A DNA stretch of 64,000 nt from Candidatus Gemmiger faecigallinarum (GCA_019120395.1 DWVD01000010.1:19823-83822); one strand, 5' to 3'; shown: positions 18,680 through 28,073, numbered from the stretch's first letter. Translations and numbers: made by a program. Notes: a model not told the origin generated them from the sequence alone.

Positions 18680-19759
18680 TCAGTATTTGGGGCCGGATTT
18701 GGGTGCGCCGGGCTGGCTGGCCGGCGGTTCGGGCCGGGCGGCGGGGTCTGCGCCGGGCTTGTCAGCGGCATCCGGGGTGGAGGCGGCGTCGGGTTTGCCG
18801 GCCGTTTCCAGGTTGGGCTGCGGTTCGGCTTTGCCTGCCTGCTGCGGGGCGGCGCTCCAGGCGCCGGGCTGGCCGGCGCGGCGGGCGGCCCGGCGGGCAC
18901 GGCGCCGGCGGCCCAGCACCACGCACACCGCCACGATGGCGGCTGCCAGCAGAAGCAGCGGCAGCAGGTAGACGATGGCCAAAAACAGTCCTTCGATCAG
19001 GTCGGCAAAAGCCTGCCAGCCGCCAAAGAAGGCCGCGGCCAGCCGGTCGCCAAAAGTGGTGCCGGTGGGGGTCAGCTCGGCCACCTCGCTCAGGTAGACG
19101 TCCACGGTGGAGTAGGTGATCTGGCTGTCCAGGCTGCGCAGCTGGGCGGTGTAGCTTTCGATCTGGTACTGCACGTCGGAAAGCTGGCTCTCGATCTCCA
19201 GCAGGTCGGCGGTGGTCTCGGCCTGGTCAGCCAGCTCGTTCAGCCGGTCCCGCTGGGCCTCCAGCGCCGTCAGGCGCGCCTCCACGTCAATGTAATTGGC
19301 GGTCACGTCGCTGGCGCTCTCGCTCTGGTTCAGCACGCTGCCGGCCTCGCCCAGGGCGGCCAGCAGCTGGCGGTAGTTGTCCACCGGCACCCGCACGGTG
19401 TAGCGGGCGCTGCGGTCGGCGTCCTCGGCGCTGCCCCACAGGTCGGTGGATTCCAGGTAAGCGCCGGTCTGCTCCACCGCGGCCAGGATCGCCGCCTGCG
19501 CGCCGGCAAAGTCGGTGGATTCCATCTCCACGCTGGCGGTGTAGATGATCTTGCGGCTGCTCTCGCTGGTGCTGGCAGAGGGGTCCAGCAGCGCGCCGCT
19601 GCCGCCGGCGGCGCTGCTGTCCTCCGTCACAGACTGGGACATCTCCTGCGATGCGGCCGCAGTGTCGCTGCTGCCAGCGCCGCAGCCGGTCAGGCCCAGC
19701 GCCAGCGCGCCGGCCAGGGCCAAAGCGGCAAGGCGGGTGGTCAGGGCGGTGGTTTTCAT
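18680..19759 (-). CDS. DUF4349 domain lipoprotein
   Basis: Lipobox LTGC; RKIIYTA, TVRVP and DVTANYIDVEARL motifs; C-terminal TM. Confidence 0.85.
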   Translation of the reverse strand: MKTTALTTRLAALALAGALALGLTGCGAGSSDTAAASQEMSQSVTEDSSAAGGSGALLDPSASTSESSRKIIYTASVEMESTDFAGAQAAILAAVEQTGAYLESTDLWGSAEDADRSARYTVRVPVDNYRQLLAALGEAGSVLNQSESASDVTANYIDVEARLTALEAQRDRLNELADQAETTADLLEIESQLSDVQYQIESYTAQLRSLDSQITYSTVDVYLSEVAELTPTGTTFGDRLAAAFFGGWQAFADLIEGLFLAIVYLLPLLLLAAAIVAVCVVLGRRRRARRAARRAGQPGAWSAAPQQAGKAEPQPNLETAGKPDAASTPDAADKPGADPAARPEPPASQPGAPKSGPKY

Positions 19760-19846
19760 GGGATCACGCTCCTTCTTTGGTTTTGCGCGGGCATCCGGCC
19801 AGGACCCGGAGACGCGCCCGCAAGATATTCCGTTTCATGGATAAAA

Positions 19847-19872
19847 TACGGAAAAGGCGGGCCGATGTTACA
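19847..19872 (-). promoter_or_regulatory. ECF-sigma-type promoter of the DUF4349 gene
   Basis: TGTAAC-N16-CGTA on the minus strand, about 90 nt upstream of the ATG. Confidence 0.6.
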
Positions 19873-19998
19873 GCCCGGCGTCAGTTTTTTGACGGCTGGA
19901 CGGCCGGGACGGTATGGGACCGCCGCCGGCGGGCCATACTGTCAGCGGGGAAAGGCAAAACCCGCACGCCGGAACAGGTGTGCGGGCCGGGTCTTGCG

Positions 19999-20370
19999 CT
20001 ATTGGGCCTGTTTGCGGCGGCAGTCCGGGCACAGGTAATGCACCGTCAGCTGGTAGGAGCGCACCTCGGTGCCGATGGCGGCCTCCAGCTCACGCACCAG
20101 GCCGACGACGGGAATATCCACCAGGCTGCGGCATCCGTCGCAGTACAAATGCCCGTGGGGCGCGGTGGTGCGGTCGTAGCGGTCCGGGCCGGAAGGCATT
20201 TCCAGCCGGGCGATCTCGTGGTCCTGCTCCATCAGCTTCAGGTTGCGGTACACAGTGCCGCGCGCAATGTTCGGCATGCGCTGCCGTGCCTGAGCAAAGA
20301 TCTCGTCGGCCGTCAGGTGCCCGGGGGTGGAACGCATGATCTCAAGGATCAGGGCACGTTGTCTGGTCAT
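19999..20370 (-). CDS. Fur-family regulator (PerR-like)
   Basis: TRQRALIL, HLTADEI, GTVYRNL, HGHLYCDGC and C-terminal CxxC; divergent from rubrerythrin. Confidence 0.85.
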   Translation of the reverse strand: MTRQRALILEIMRSTPGHLTADEIFAQARQRMPNIARGTVYRNLKLMEQDHEIARLEMPSGPDRYDRTTAPHGHLYCDGCRSLVDIPVVGLVRELEAAIGTEVRSYQLTVHYLCPDCRRKQAQ

Positions 20371-20499
20371 GGCGAAGTCCTCCCTCTTTTAGAATCAATC
20401 TTAATTATAAGATACCGTATCCGCGGCGGATTGTCAAGGGACGGGCGGCATTGTGGCACTGTGTACAGAAAAAACTTTTATTTTTGTGCGCAAAAACCC

Positions 20500-20528
20500 T
20501 TGACTTTGCAGGCGGAGTATTGTAGTAT
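20500..20528 (+). promoter_or_regulatory. sigA promoter of rubrerythrin
   Basis: TTGACT-N17-TAGTAT. An AT-rich Fur/Per-box-like stretch lies at 20389-20413. Confidence 0.6.
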
Positions 20529-20594
20529 AATTTCAGACGAAATCCTAAAAATAAGTCGAATTTCAACATCATATTATTTCAGGAGGTAATTTGT

Positions 20595-21137
20595 ATGGAA
20601 CTCAAAGGCTCTAAGACCGAGAAAAACCTGTGGGAAGCCTTCGCCGGTGAAAGCCAGGCCCGCAACAAGTACACTTTCTTTGCCTCCAAGGCCAAGAAAG
20701 AGGGATACGAGCAGATCGCGTCCCTGTTCACCGCCACTGCCGACAATGAGAAGGAGCACGCCAAGATCTGGTTCAAGCTGCTGATGGAGGGCGGCCAGAT
20801 CCCCGACACGCTGACCTGCCTGAAGATGGCTGCCGCCGGCGAGAACGAGGAGTACACCTCCATGTATCCCCGCATGGCCGCCGAGGCCAAAGAGGAGGGC
20901 TTTGACGACATCGCTCGCCTGTTCTCGATGGTCGCCGACATCGAGAAGGAGCACGAGGAGCGCTACAACGCCCTGGCCGCCAACATCGAGGCCGGCCGCG
21001 TGTTCGCCCGCGAGACCGAGCAGGTCTGGCAGTGCCGCAACTGCGGGTACGTCTATATCGGCCTGCATGCGCCTGAGAAGTGCCCCGTCTGCGCCCATCC
21101 CAAAGCCTACTTTGAGCTGAAGAGCGCCAACTACTGA
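20595..21137 (+). CDS. rbr: Rubrerythrin
   Basis: AFAGESQARNKY, NEKEHA, EKEHEERY and WQCRNCG..CPVCAHP motifs. Confidence 0.95.
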   Translation: MELKGSKTEKNLWEAFAGESQARNKYTFFASKAKKEGYEQIASLFTATADNEKEHAKIWFKLLMEGGQIPDTLTCLKMAAAGENEEYTSMYPRMAAEAKEEGFDDIARLFSMVADIEKEHEERYNALAANIEAGRVFARETEQVWQCRNCGYVYIGLHAPEKCPVCAHPKAYFELKSANY

Positions 21138-21158
21138 TCCCGCGCTCCCGGCCAAAAC

Positions 21159-21213
21159 CCAAACAGCCGCCCTTCCCCTGCCGCAGGCAGGGGAAGGGCG
21201 GCTTTGGTTTGGG
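21159..21213. terminator. Terminator between convergent genes
   Basis: AGCCGCCCTTCCCCTGCC/GGCAGGGGAAGGGCGGCT stem. Confidence 0.7.
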
Positions 21214-21306
21214 CCGCAGGCGCGCCGTCTGTGCGGCGCCTGCGGCGGATGCGGTTGTTTCTCGTACGGCAAACGGCTGCCGTTTCTTCCGCTACCCGCT
21301 TGGGGG

Positions 21307-21996
21307 TCAGGGGTCGATAACGGTCTGGGTCTGGCCGATGCCCAGGCTGGCGGAAGTGATCTTTTTCCAGCTGTTGCATCCGCAGATGCCGTCGGCCGTC
21401 AGGCTGAACGCGCGCTGCAGCGCTTTCAGCGCGTTTTCGGTGCGGGCGCCGAAAATGCCGTCCAATGTGCCGGTGGTATAGCCAAGGGCGTTCAGCGCGT
21501 CCTGCAGGATCAGCACATAGGTGTTCTTATCGCCCCGCCGGCAGGTGGGGTAGCCGCTGGTGGTGCCGGCGCAGGCCGGCGTACCGTAGCGCCGGTCAAA
21601 GTGCACCCAGGTGGGGGTCATGGAAAGCGGTTCCACATATCCCCAGGCGCCGGTGGCGTTGGCGGCGTTGTAGATCTTGCGGCGGTTGGCCGCGGTGGTG
21701 CTTTGGCCCACGTCAAAGGCGACGCCCGCATAGTGCTGGCTGGTGGTGCCGTGCCCGCCTTCCCAGATCCGCTTGAAGGCGTATCCCACCGGGATCCCCG
21801 CGCCGTAGCTGCGGCGGGTCAGGTTCCAGGCCTCCATGGCGGCCACCGTCGTCCACAGCACGGTCGCTTTGGAAGATCCGCGGAACTCCCGCACGCGCAG
21901 GGTGGTGCCGGTGGAATAGGGCATGGGGTCGCTTTCTGCCAGCGTATAGGTCATCATCTGGTTGGTGTAGGCGTCGTAAACAAAAATCTTGGCCAT
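21307..21996 (-). CDS. Peptidase M15A-like (Zn D-Ala-D-Ala) domain plus peptidoglycan-binding domain protein
   Basis: SQHYAGVAFD and WVHFD LAS Zn motifs; C-terminal LDGIFGARTENA..LTADGICG PG_binding_1; start 3 nt after the sleC-like stop. Confidence 0.8.
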   Translation of the reverse strand: MAKIFVYDAYTNQMMTYTLAESDPMPYSTGTTLRVREFRGSSKATVLWTTVAAMEAWNLTRRSYGAGIPVGYAFKRIWEGGHGTTSQHYAGVAFDVGQSTTAANRRKIYNAANATGAWGYVEPLSMTPTWVHFDRRYGTPACAGTTSGYPTCRRGDKNTYVLILQDALNALGYTTGTLDGIFGARTENALKALQRAFSLTADGICGCNSWKKITSASLGIGQTQTVIDP

Positions 21997-21999
21997 CGG

Positions 22000-24069
22000 T
22001 CATTCCTCCTCCCCTGTGCCGCAGGCGGTACAACCGGCCAGGGCGGCGGCATCCTGCAGGCGCGTCCAGGTAATATCGTCCACGATGCCCAGCGGCGTCA
22101 GCCCGGCCCGGAACTGGAAGCTCTGCAGCGCGGTCTCGGTCTGTTCGTCCAGATAACCGCTTTCGGGGACAAACTGCGCTTCGATCCACACGGCGGCCAG
22201 CGCGTTCAGCCAGCGCTGCACCTGCAGCACGGCGGGGCCGGCGCTGCCGCGGGTCAGCGCGTGGCCGGGCCAGACGCCCTCCGGCTCCGGCCGGGCGGTC
22301 AGCGGGGTGGCGGTCAGCAGCGCCAGCGCCGCCGCGTTGAACACCGCCCAGTCGTCGGCGTCGACGACGCCGGTCTCGGGCAGGCCAAAGGCGTCCTGCG
22401 CGCTGCGCACGCTGGCCTCCAGGCCGTCGCCAAAGCTCTCGCTCTCCTCCTCCGGCGGGCGGATGGCCTCCAGCCAGGCGGCCAGGAAGGTCAGCGTGCG
22501 GGACAGCCACAGAACGGCGGGGCCTTCGTCGCCGGGGGACAGCGTTTCCGGCAGGGCGGGGATGACCCGCGCCGTTGCCAGCGAACCGCTGGCCGCCAGG
22601 GTCGTTGCGGTGGTGTACAGGCTTTGCCAGGTCACCCTGCCCACAATGCCGTCCGCCGTCAGGCCGGTGCGCTGCTGCCATGCAATGACGGCGGCGCGGG
22701 TGGCCTGCCCGAACACGCCGTCCACCGTGACGGTGGGCTGCTCCGAGTAATAGGCCGAGAGCAGCCGCAGCCAGTACTGCACCGCGCGCACCGGGGTGCC
22801 GCTGCTGCCCACCTGAAGGGTGGCGACAAACTGCCCCGGCGCAACGCCCGGGTCCACCAGATTGTTGGCCACGGCAATGCCGACTTCCTGCAGCTTGTTC
22901 CAGGTCGCATGGCCTACGGCGCCGTCCGCCGTCAGGCCAAAGTACCGTTGGAAGGCGGTGACGGCGCTTGCGGTGGCGCTGCCGAATATACCGTCCACCG
23001 TCACGGAGGACAGCGCGCTGTAATTGCCTGCGGCCAGCAGCAGCCAGAACTGCACGGTGCGCACATCGTTGCCCCTGGCGCCGGTGCGCAGCACCGTGCC
23101 GGGCCAGGCGGTGCCGCCCACATCGCTCATGGCGCGCACCCAGGCGGCGTACAGCGCTTCCCAGGTGTTCTGCCCCACCACGCCGTCCACCGTCAGGCCG
23201 GCGCTCCGCTGGAACGCCCGCACGGCGGACTGGGTGGCGCTGCCGTAGGCGCCGTCCACATTGACGGAAGGGATGCTGCTGTCAAACTGGGCCAGCCCGG
23301 AAAGCCAGAACTGTACCTGTTCCACCGGGACGCCGGTGGAACCCTGCCGCAGCACCACGCCGGGCCATGCGCCGGCCGAAACGACGGCGTCGAATTCCTC
23401 GCCCTCGCTGGTCAGCTCGGCCAGGTCTTTGACCGATACATAGATATAGCTGATCTTGTACCAGGTCGCCCTGCCCACGATGCCGTCCACCGTCAGCGAA
23501 AAATATTTCTGGAACGCCCGCACGCTGGCCTCGGTGGCGTCGTCAAAGGTGCCGTTCAGCGTCGGTTTGCCAAAAGCGGGGTAGTCCTTGGCAATGCGCG
23601 AAAGCTGCTTTTGCAGGATGGACACGGCGGTGCCGGTGCTGCCCGGCCGCAGCGGGCTGCCGGGATAGCTTTCGGGGATGTCGGCCAGGTTGGACGTGGT
23701 GGCCAGCTGCACCCGGTCGCCGTAATAATAGCGCAGGATCTGCAGGGCGGACATCCCCTCGTTGGCGCGGTCCACGGTGCCCCACTGCTTCATGCCGGCG
23801 CAGGTCACCAGCTTGCCGTCGCAGTACTCGGTAAAATAGGGCTCGGCGTCGCCGGAACGCCGCACAAAGGTCGAGAACAGCTCGGCGGTCAGCCGCTCCA
23901 TAACGGCAAAGACGGTGCGGCCTTCCACGTAAGCCTGGTCGTAACTGGGCGACCCGGTGATGTTGAAGGAAAAACCGCGGCTGGGATACCACTCGGTATA
24001 GATCCGGTTGAGCGTCAGGCTGATCTGCGCCAGGATGTTGGCACGCAGAGCCTCCTCCGGCCAGGTGGG
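22000..24069 (-). pseudogene. sleC: 3' part of a SleC-like spore cortex-lytic enzyme (SpoIID/LytB-type domain plus six PG-binding repeats), interrupted by an integrated element
   Basis: PTWPEEALRANILAQISLTLNRIYTEWY..FNIT..YDQ, YCDG..VTC.GMKQWG and LQILRYYYG match clostridial SleC. The normally preceding NVASSE(V/I)Y is absent and is replaced by AT-rich non-coding DNA with no RBS. Confidence 0.8.
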
Positions 24070-24130
24070 CATGGACTTCACAAACAACGTAGATGCGTTA
24101 TAAAATTTTCGTCAAAATGACGAAGTTTTG
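24055..24130. other. Putative attachment junction (attL/attR) of the serine-recombinase element
   Basis: Abrupt end of sleC homology at 24069/24070 with a GC drop; inverted repeat AAAATTTTCGTCA-aaa-TGACGAAGTTTT at 24102-24129; about 350 nt downstream of the recombinase stop. Confidence 0.7.
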
Positions 24131-24424
24131 CAAAAACCCGAAAAACGGGATCAAGAAACGGGCAAAACACCGGGAAACCGGGAATTTGTGATCCGTATCC
24201 TTCCCCCTGTTTTTGGTCCTTTTTTGGCCGTTTTGGGCTATTTTGGGGGAAAGAGGCCCGAAAACGCGAGTTTGTGAGTTTTAACATCCAGGCGGGATGG
24301 ATAGAGGATCTCACAAATACAGGCATGGACGATTGTTTCGCCGGTCTGCGATTGGCCGTGCAGCCGCAGCTTTTACTCCGGCTGCTCGCACTTCCGCACG
24401 GAAGGGACGTCTTGCATGACCCGG

Positions 24425-25960
24425 CTAAAAATTCCACATAATTTCGATTTTTCTCTTGAATGCGTCGGCGCCGCTCCCTTCCTCGGCGGGCCAGACAGTG
24501 ACCTGCCGGATCAGGGCGTCTGCCATTTCTTTTGTTAGCTTTTCGGTGCGCAGGTAGGGGAGCAGCTTTTCGCGGAGTTCTGTCATTTTTGGTATATTTG
24601 ACCAATGCAGAAGCTGCTTCACCTCCTGTTCCAACGCCGTTTTTCGGTCTGTCATCGACTGGGATGCCGATGCAAACTGTTCGACCGTCAACATGCCGAC
24701 CGTCCGCTGAAAGTACAACTCCTGGAGCTGATCTTCCAACTTCCGCAGCTCTTTTTTCTTTTGGTTGAGCTGGCGCCGTCGTGTGCGGAACCGTTGATCG
24801 TCCTTTTGCAAGGCTTCCGTCAGTTCGTCCACATCCAGATACTGCGCCAGCCGCTGGTGCAGCCTGTCCAGCACGATGGATTCCAGCGCATCGAGCGGGA
24901 TGCGGTTGGGCTCACAGACCCGCGGATCCCGGCGGTTGTGCAGGCAGCGCATCTGCAGGTCGCCCGGTCCGCCGGTCATCATCATGCCGCCGCCGCAGCC
25001 TCCGCATTTGACCTTCTTGGCCAGAGGCCGCCATACGGCGATATAGGGAACCCCTGTTTGCCGGCGAAGAAAAACTTCCTGCGCCTGGTCGAAGGTTTCA
25101 TGGCTGACGAGCGGCGTATGCGTGCCTGGCACAACGACCCACTTGTCCGGTGGCTGCTGGATCATCGTGCTCTTTTTGTAGCTGGCTTTCTTGTAGCGGC
25201 CCTGCACCATATCGCCGGTGTAAATGGGATTCTTCAAAATGTTGCGGATCGCCGTGTTGCTCCATTGGGCCTGGATCGGCGCTTTGTAGCGGGCGTCGCA
25301 GGCCTTCTTATACGCGCTCGGGGCAAGAATGCCCTCGGCGTTCAACACCATTGCAATGCGCTGCGCGCCATACCCGGCCAGGTGCAGCGCAAAGATCCGC
25401 TGGACGACCGGTGCAGTTTCGGGGTTCGGGATCAGATGGTTGTGGTCGGCGGGGTCTTTCTCGTACCCGTACAATGCGAAGGAGGACAGGTACTTGCCCT
25501 GCTGGCGCTTGGTGGAAAGGGCTGCCTGCACATTGGCGGACAGTTCTTCCAGATACCACTCATTCACCAGCCCGTTGAGCTGCTGCTTTTTGAGGTTACC
25601 TTCAGCATCGGTGTCCACGCCATCCATTACGGCGATCAGCCGGATGCCCCATTCGGGGAACTTGCGGTGCAGATAGACCTCCGATTCCTCCATATCACGG
25701 GTAAAGCGGGATTGCGTTTTGACAAGAATGACATCGAACCGCCGCGCTTCGGCGTCGCGGATCATCTGGCGGAACCCCAGGCGGCCGGGGTCAGTGCCCG
25801 ACCAATCATCGTCCACATAGATTTGTTCCACCTCAAAGTCGTGGGTCACGGCGTAACGCAGCAGCAGGCTTTTTTGGTTGTGGATGCTCTCGGACTCGTG
25901 CGTATCCCCGGTGTCGGGCCCGGCGTCGCTCAGACGGCAGTAGATGGCGGCTTTCAGCAT
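24425..25960 (-). CDS. Large serine recombinase (copy 2)
   Basis: AAIYCRLS catalytic Ser, SRFTRD, YGY recombinase domain and KCGGCGG Zn ribbon; ATG at 25960. Confidence 0.92.
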   Translation of the reverse strand: MLKAAIYCRLSDAGPDTGDTHESESIHNQKSLLLRYAVTHDFEVEQIYVDDDWSGTDPGRLGFRQMIRDAEARRFDVILVKTQSRFTRDMEESEVYLHRKFPEWGIRLIAVMDGVDTDAEGNLKKQQLNGLVNEWYLEELSANVQAALSTKRQQGKYLSSFALYGYEKDPADHNHLIPNPETAPVVQRIFALHLAGYGAQRIAMVLNAEGILAPSAYKKACDARYKAPIQAQWSNTAIRNILKNPIYTGDMVQGRYKKASYKKSTMIQQPPDKWVVVPGTHTPLVSHETFDQAQEVFLRRQTGVPYIAVWRPLAKKVKCGGCGGGMMMTGGPGDLQMRCLHNRRDPRVCEPNRIPLDALESIVLDRLHQRLAQYLDVDELTEALQKDDQRFRTRRRQLNQKKKELRKLEDQLQELYFQRTVGMLTVEQFASASQSMTDRKTALEQEVKQLLHWSNIPKMTELREKLLPYLRTEKLTKEMADALIRQVTVWPAEEGSGADAFKRKIEIMWNF

Positions 25961-25973
25961 GGCAGTCACCCCC

Positions 25974-27545
25974 TTAAAACCGCCAGCGGATCTCAATGTT
26001 CCGCTTTTTGGTTTCCGGGTCGATCGGACCAACATGAACCGAATCGATCAGCGCACATACAAGCTCACGGGTCAACGCCTGGGGCTGGCCTGCCTCCCTG
26101 GCCATTTGGTGCAGCCTTTCGTATCGACCGGCTGGGTCGGCCAGCGTGCCGGCACGCTCCTCGTCCAGGGCGCGGATACGGCGGTCAAACCCCTCAATGT
26201 CTTTGCGAAAGCTGGCGTCAAGCTGTGCAAAGACCGCATCGCTCACAGCGCCAGCGGTATGATCCCGGTACAGGGAAGTAAGTGCATCCTGCCACTTCTG
26301 GCGTTCCTTCTGCAGGCGATCGAGTTCCCGCTGCAATGCATCGGCCCGCTCTTCTGCCTCGCGGGTAAATGTAGAAAAGTTGAGCCTGTCGGAGTCGAGC
26401 AATTCATTTAACCGCTGCCCGATTCTCTGCAGGACGATGGCGTCCAGCGCATCAAGGGAGATGGAGCGGTTTGGACAAAGACTTGGTTTATAAGTGTGGA
26501 TTCGGCAGCGCAGGTATCGATATTGCTTTCCATTGCCGCACACCTGCATGGAACCGCCGCAGCAGCTACAAAAAACTTTCTTGGAAAGAGGGTGGGCGGC
26601 ACCGCTGTAAAAGCAGGGGACAACGCGCTCATAGCACAGCCGCTGGACCTGCTCGAACGTCTCCCGCGGGATGATCGGCTCGTGAGTGTTTGGCACGATG
26701 ATCCATTTGGCTTTTGGAACCACCAAAATTTTTTTGGATTTGTAGCTGGCCTTTTTGTGCCGCCCCTGCACAAGATCGCCTGCATAGGTCTGGTTGGTCA
26801 GAATGTAGCGGACCGAGGCAGTGCTCCATAAGCCGGGCACCCGGCCCTTCTGGCAGGGCGCGAAGTTCAGACCCTGCTGCTGTTTGTAGAGGGTCGGGTT
26901 GGGGATGCCTTCCTCATTCAAAGTTTTGGCGATCCGCGTTGCGCCGTACCCGGACAGCACCATCTGAAAGATGCGCCGCACCACAGCGGCGGCCACCGGA
27001 TCGATGACCAGATGGTTGTGGTCGGCGGGGTCCTTGGCATAACCGTAAGGAGCAAAGGAACCGATATGCTGGCCGGACTGGCATTTGTGGTTCAGAACCG
27101 TGCGGACGTTGATGGACAGGTCTTCGAGATACCATTCGTTGATCAGGCCGTTGATCTGCCGTGCCTTTTTGTTGCTGGCATCATCGGTGTCCGCATGATC
27201 CACCACGGCGATGAAGCGGATGCCCCACTCCGGGAATTTTCCATGCAGGTACCGCTCTACCAACTCCATATCGCGGGTAAAGCGAGACTGGCTTTTGGCC
27301 AGCACAATATCAAATTTGTGCTCGCTGGCATCCTGGATCAGCCGGTTGAAGGCCGGACGGTCCCGGTCTGCGCCGGAATAGTCCTCATCGGTATAGATAT
27401 TGTAGATATCGTACCCCCTCTCTACGGCGTACTTGATCAGAAGCGATTTCTGATTTTGGATGCTTTCGGACTCCTGTTTTCCATTGACTTGTTTGCGGAC
27501 GTCATCATCCTCCTTGCTGAGTCTGACATAAATGGCAACTTTCAT
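25974..27545 (-). CDS. Large serine recombinase (copy 1)
   Basis: VAIYVRLS, ESIQNQ, SRFTRD, APYGY, FCSCCGG Zn ribbon and coiled coil; RBS AAGGAG. Confidence 0.93.
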   Translation of the reverse strand: MKVAIYVRLSKEDDDVRKQVNGKQESESIQNQKSLLIKYAVERGYDIYNIYTDEDYSGADRDRPAFNRLIQDASEHKFDIVLAKSQSRFTRDMELVERYLHGKFPEWGIRFIAVVDHADTDDASNKKARQINGLINEWYLEDLSINVRTVLNHKCQSGQHIGSFAPYGYAKDPADHNHLVIDPVAAAVVRRIFQMVLSGYGATRIAKTLNEEGIPNPTLYKQQQGLNFAPCQKGRVPGLWSTASVRYILTNQTYAGDLVQGRHKKASYKSKKILVVPKAKWIIVPNTHEPIIPRETFEQVQRLCYERVVPCFYSGAAHPLSKKVFCSCCGGSMQVCGNGKQYRYLRCRIHTYKPSLCPNRSISLDALDAIVLQRIGQRLNELLDSDRLNFSTFTREAEERADALQRELDRLQKERQKWQDALTSLYRDHTAGAVSDAVFAQLDASFRKDIEGFDRRIRALDEERAGTLADPAGRYERLHQMAREAGQPQALTRELVCALIDSVHVGPIDPETKKRNIEIRWRF

Positions 27546-27560
27546 TCGGAACACTCCTTT

Positions 27561-27773
27561 TTACTTGTTGCACAATCGCTCATCTGTATTGTACGGCGTA
27601 TGTTCAGGGGCGGCAACACAATTTGTGTCCGTATCCGTGGTCACCCAATTCCGGCCGCCGCGCCGCAGCATCGTGCCAATATATTCTTCCATCTGTCGCC
27701 GCAGGTTGCGCTTGCGTTCCCGCAGCGTGGAGGACTGAAAAACCTCTTGAATTTTGTAGTTCGATAGATCCAT
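27561..27773 (-). CDS. Small basic protein; candidate recombination directionality factor
   Basis: 70 aa, strong RBS GGAGGTG, first gene of the recombinase operon. Function inferred from position only. Confidence 0.55.
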   Translation of the reverse strand: MDLSNYKIQEVFQSSTLRERKRNLRRQMEEYIGTMLRRGGRNWVTTDTDTNCVAAPEHTPYNTDERLCNK

Positions 27774-27790
27774 GCGTTCACCTCCAGTTC

Positions 27791-27825
27791 TATCGTATGT
27801 CGTCGGATTGTTGCGCTTGCCTGTC
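27791..27825 (-). promoter_or_regulatory. Mother-cell sporulation (sigK/sigE-type) promoter candidate for the recombinase operon
   Basis: CATACGATA (CATA-N3-TA) at 27799-27791, 5 nt before GGAGG. The -35 match is weak. Confidence 0.55.
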
Positions 27826-28073
27826 CACCACGGCTGTGGAGCCGATGGGAAAGCAGGCGTTTCCGTTTTTTGTCTTGTTCTGTCTCGTAAGTAAATGATG
27901 AAAAATCCATCCCCCGCCGGCTGGTTCCTGCGCCCTTCCAGCCGCGTCTATATCGTACCGATGGAGGATGGCTATTCAGTTTTCAAGGTTCTGCTCTATA
28001 AATAGCAGCGAAGATCCTTTTTCCAGCCAAAACAGAAAAATAATTTTGCAAAGTTGCTGCTGCGCACGCCGTC

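Noticed and set aside
24070-24087. Predicted start MFVKSM for an intact 695-aa sleC-like protein
   Set aside because: These codons are element-derived, have no RBS and replace the conserved SSE(V/I)Y segment.
27641-27910. Alternative 89-aa ORF upstream of the recombinases
   Set aside because: Overlaps the 70-aa ORF, which has a much better RBS and operon spacing.
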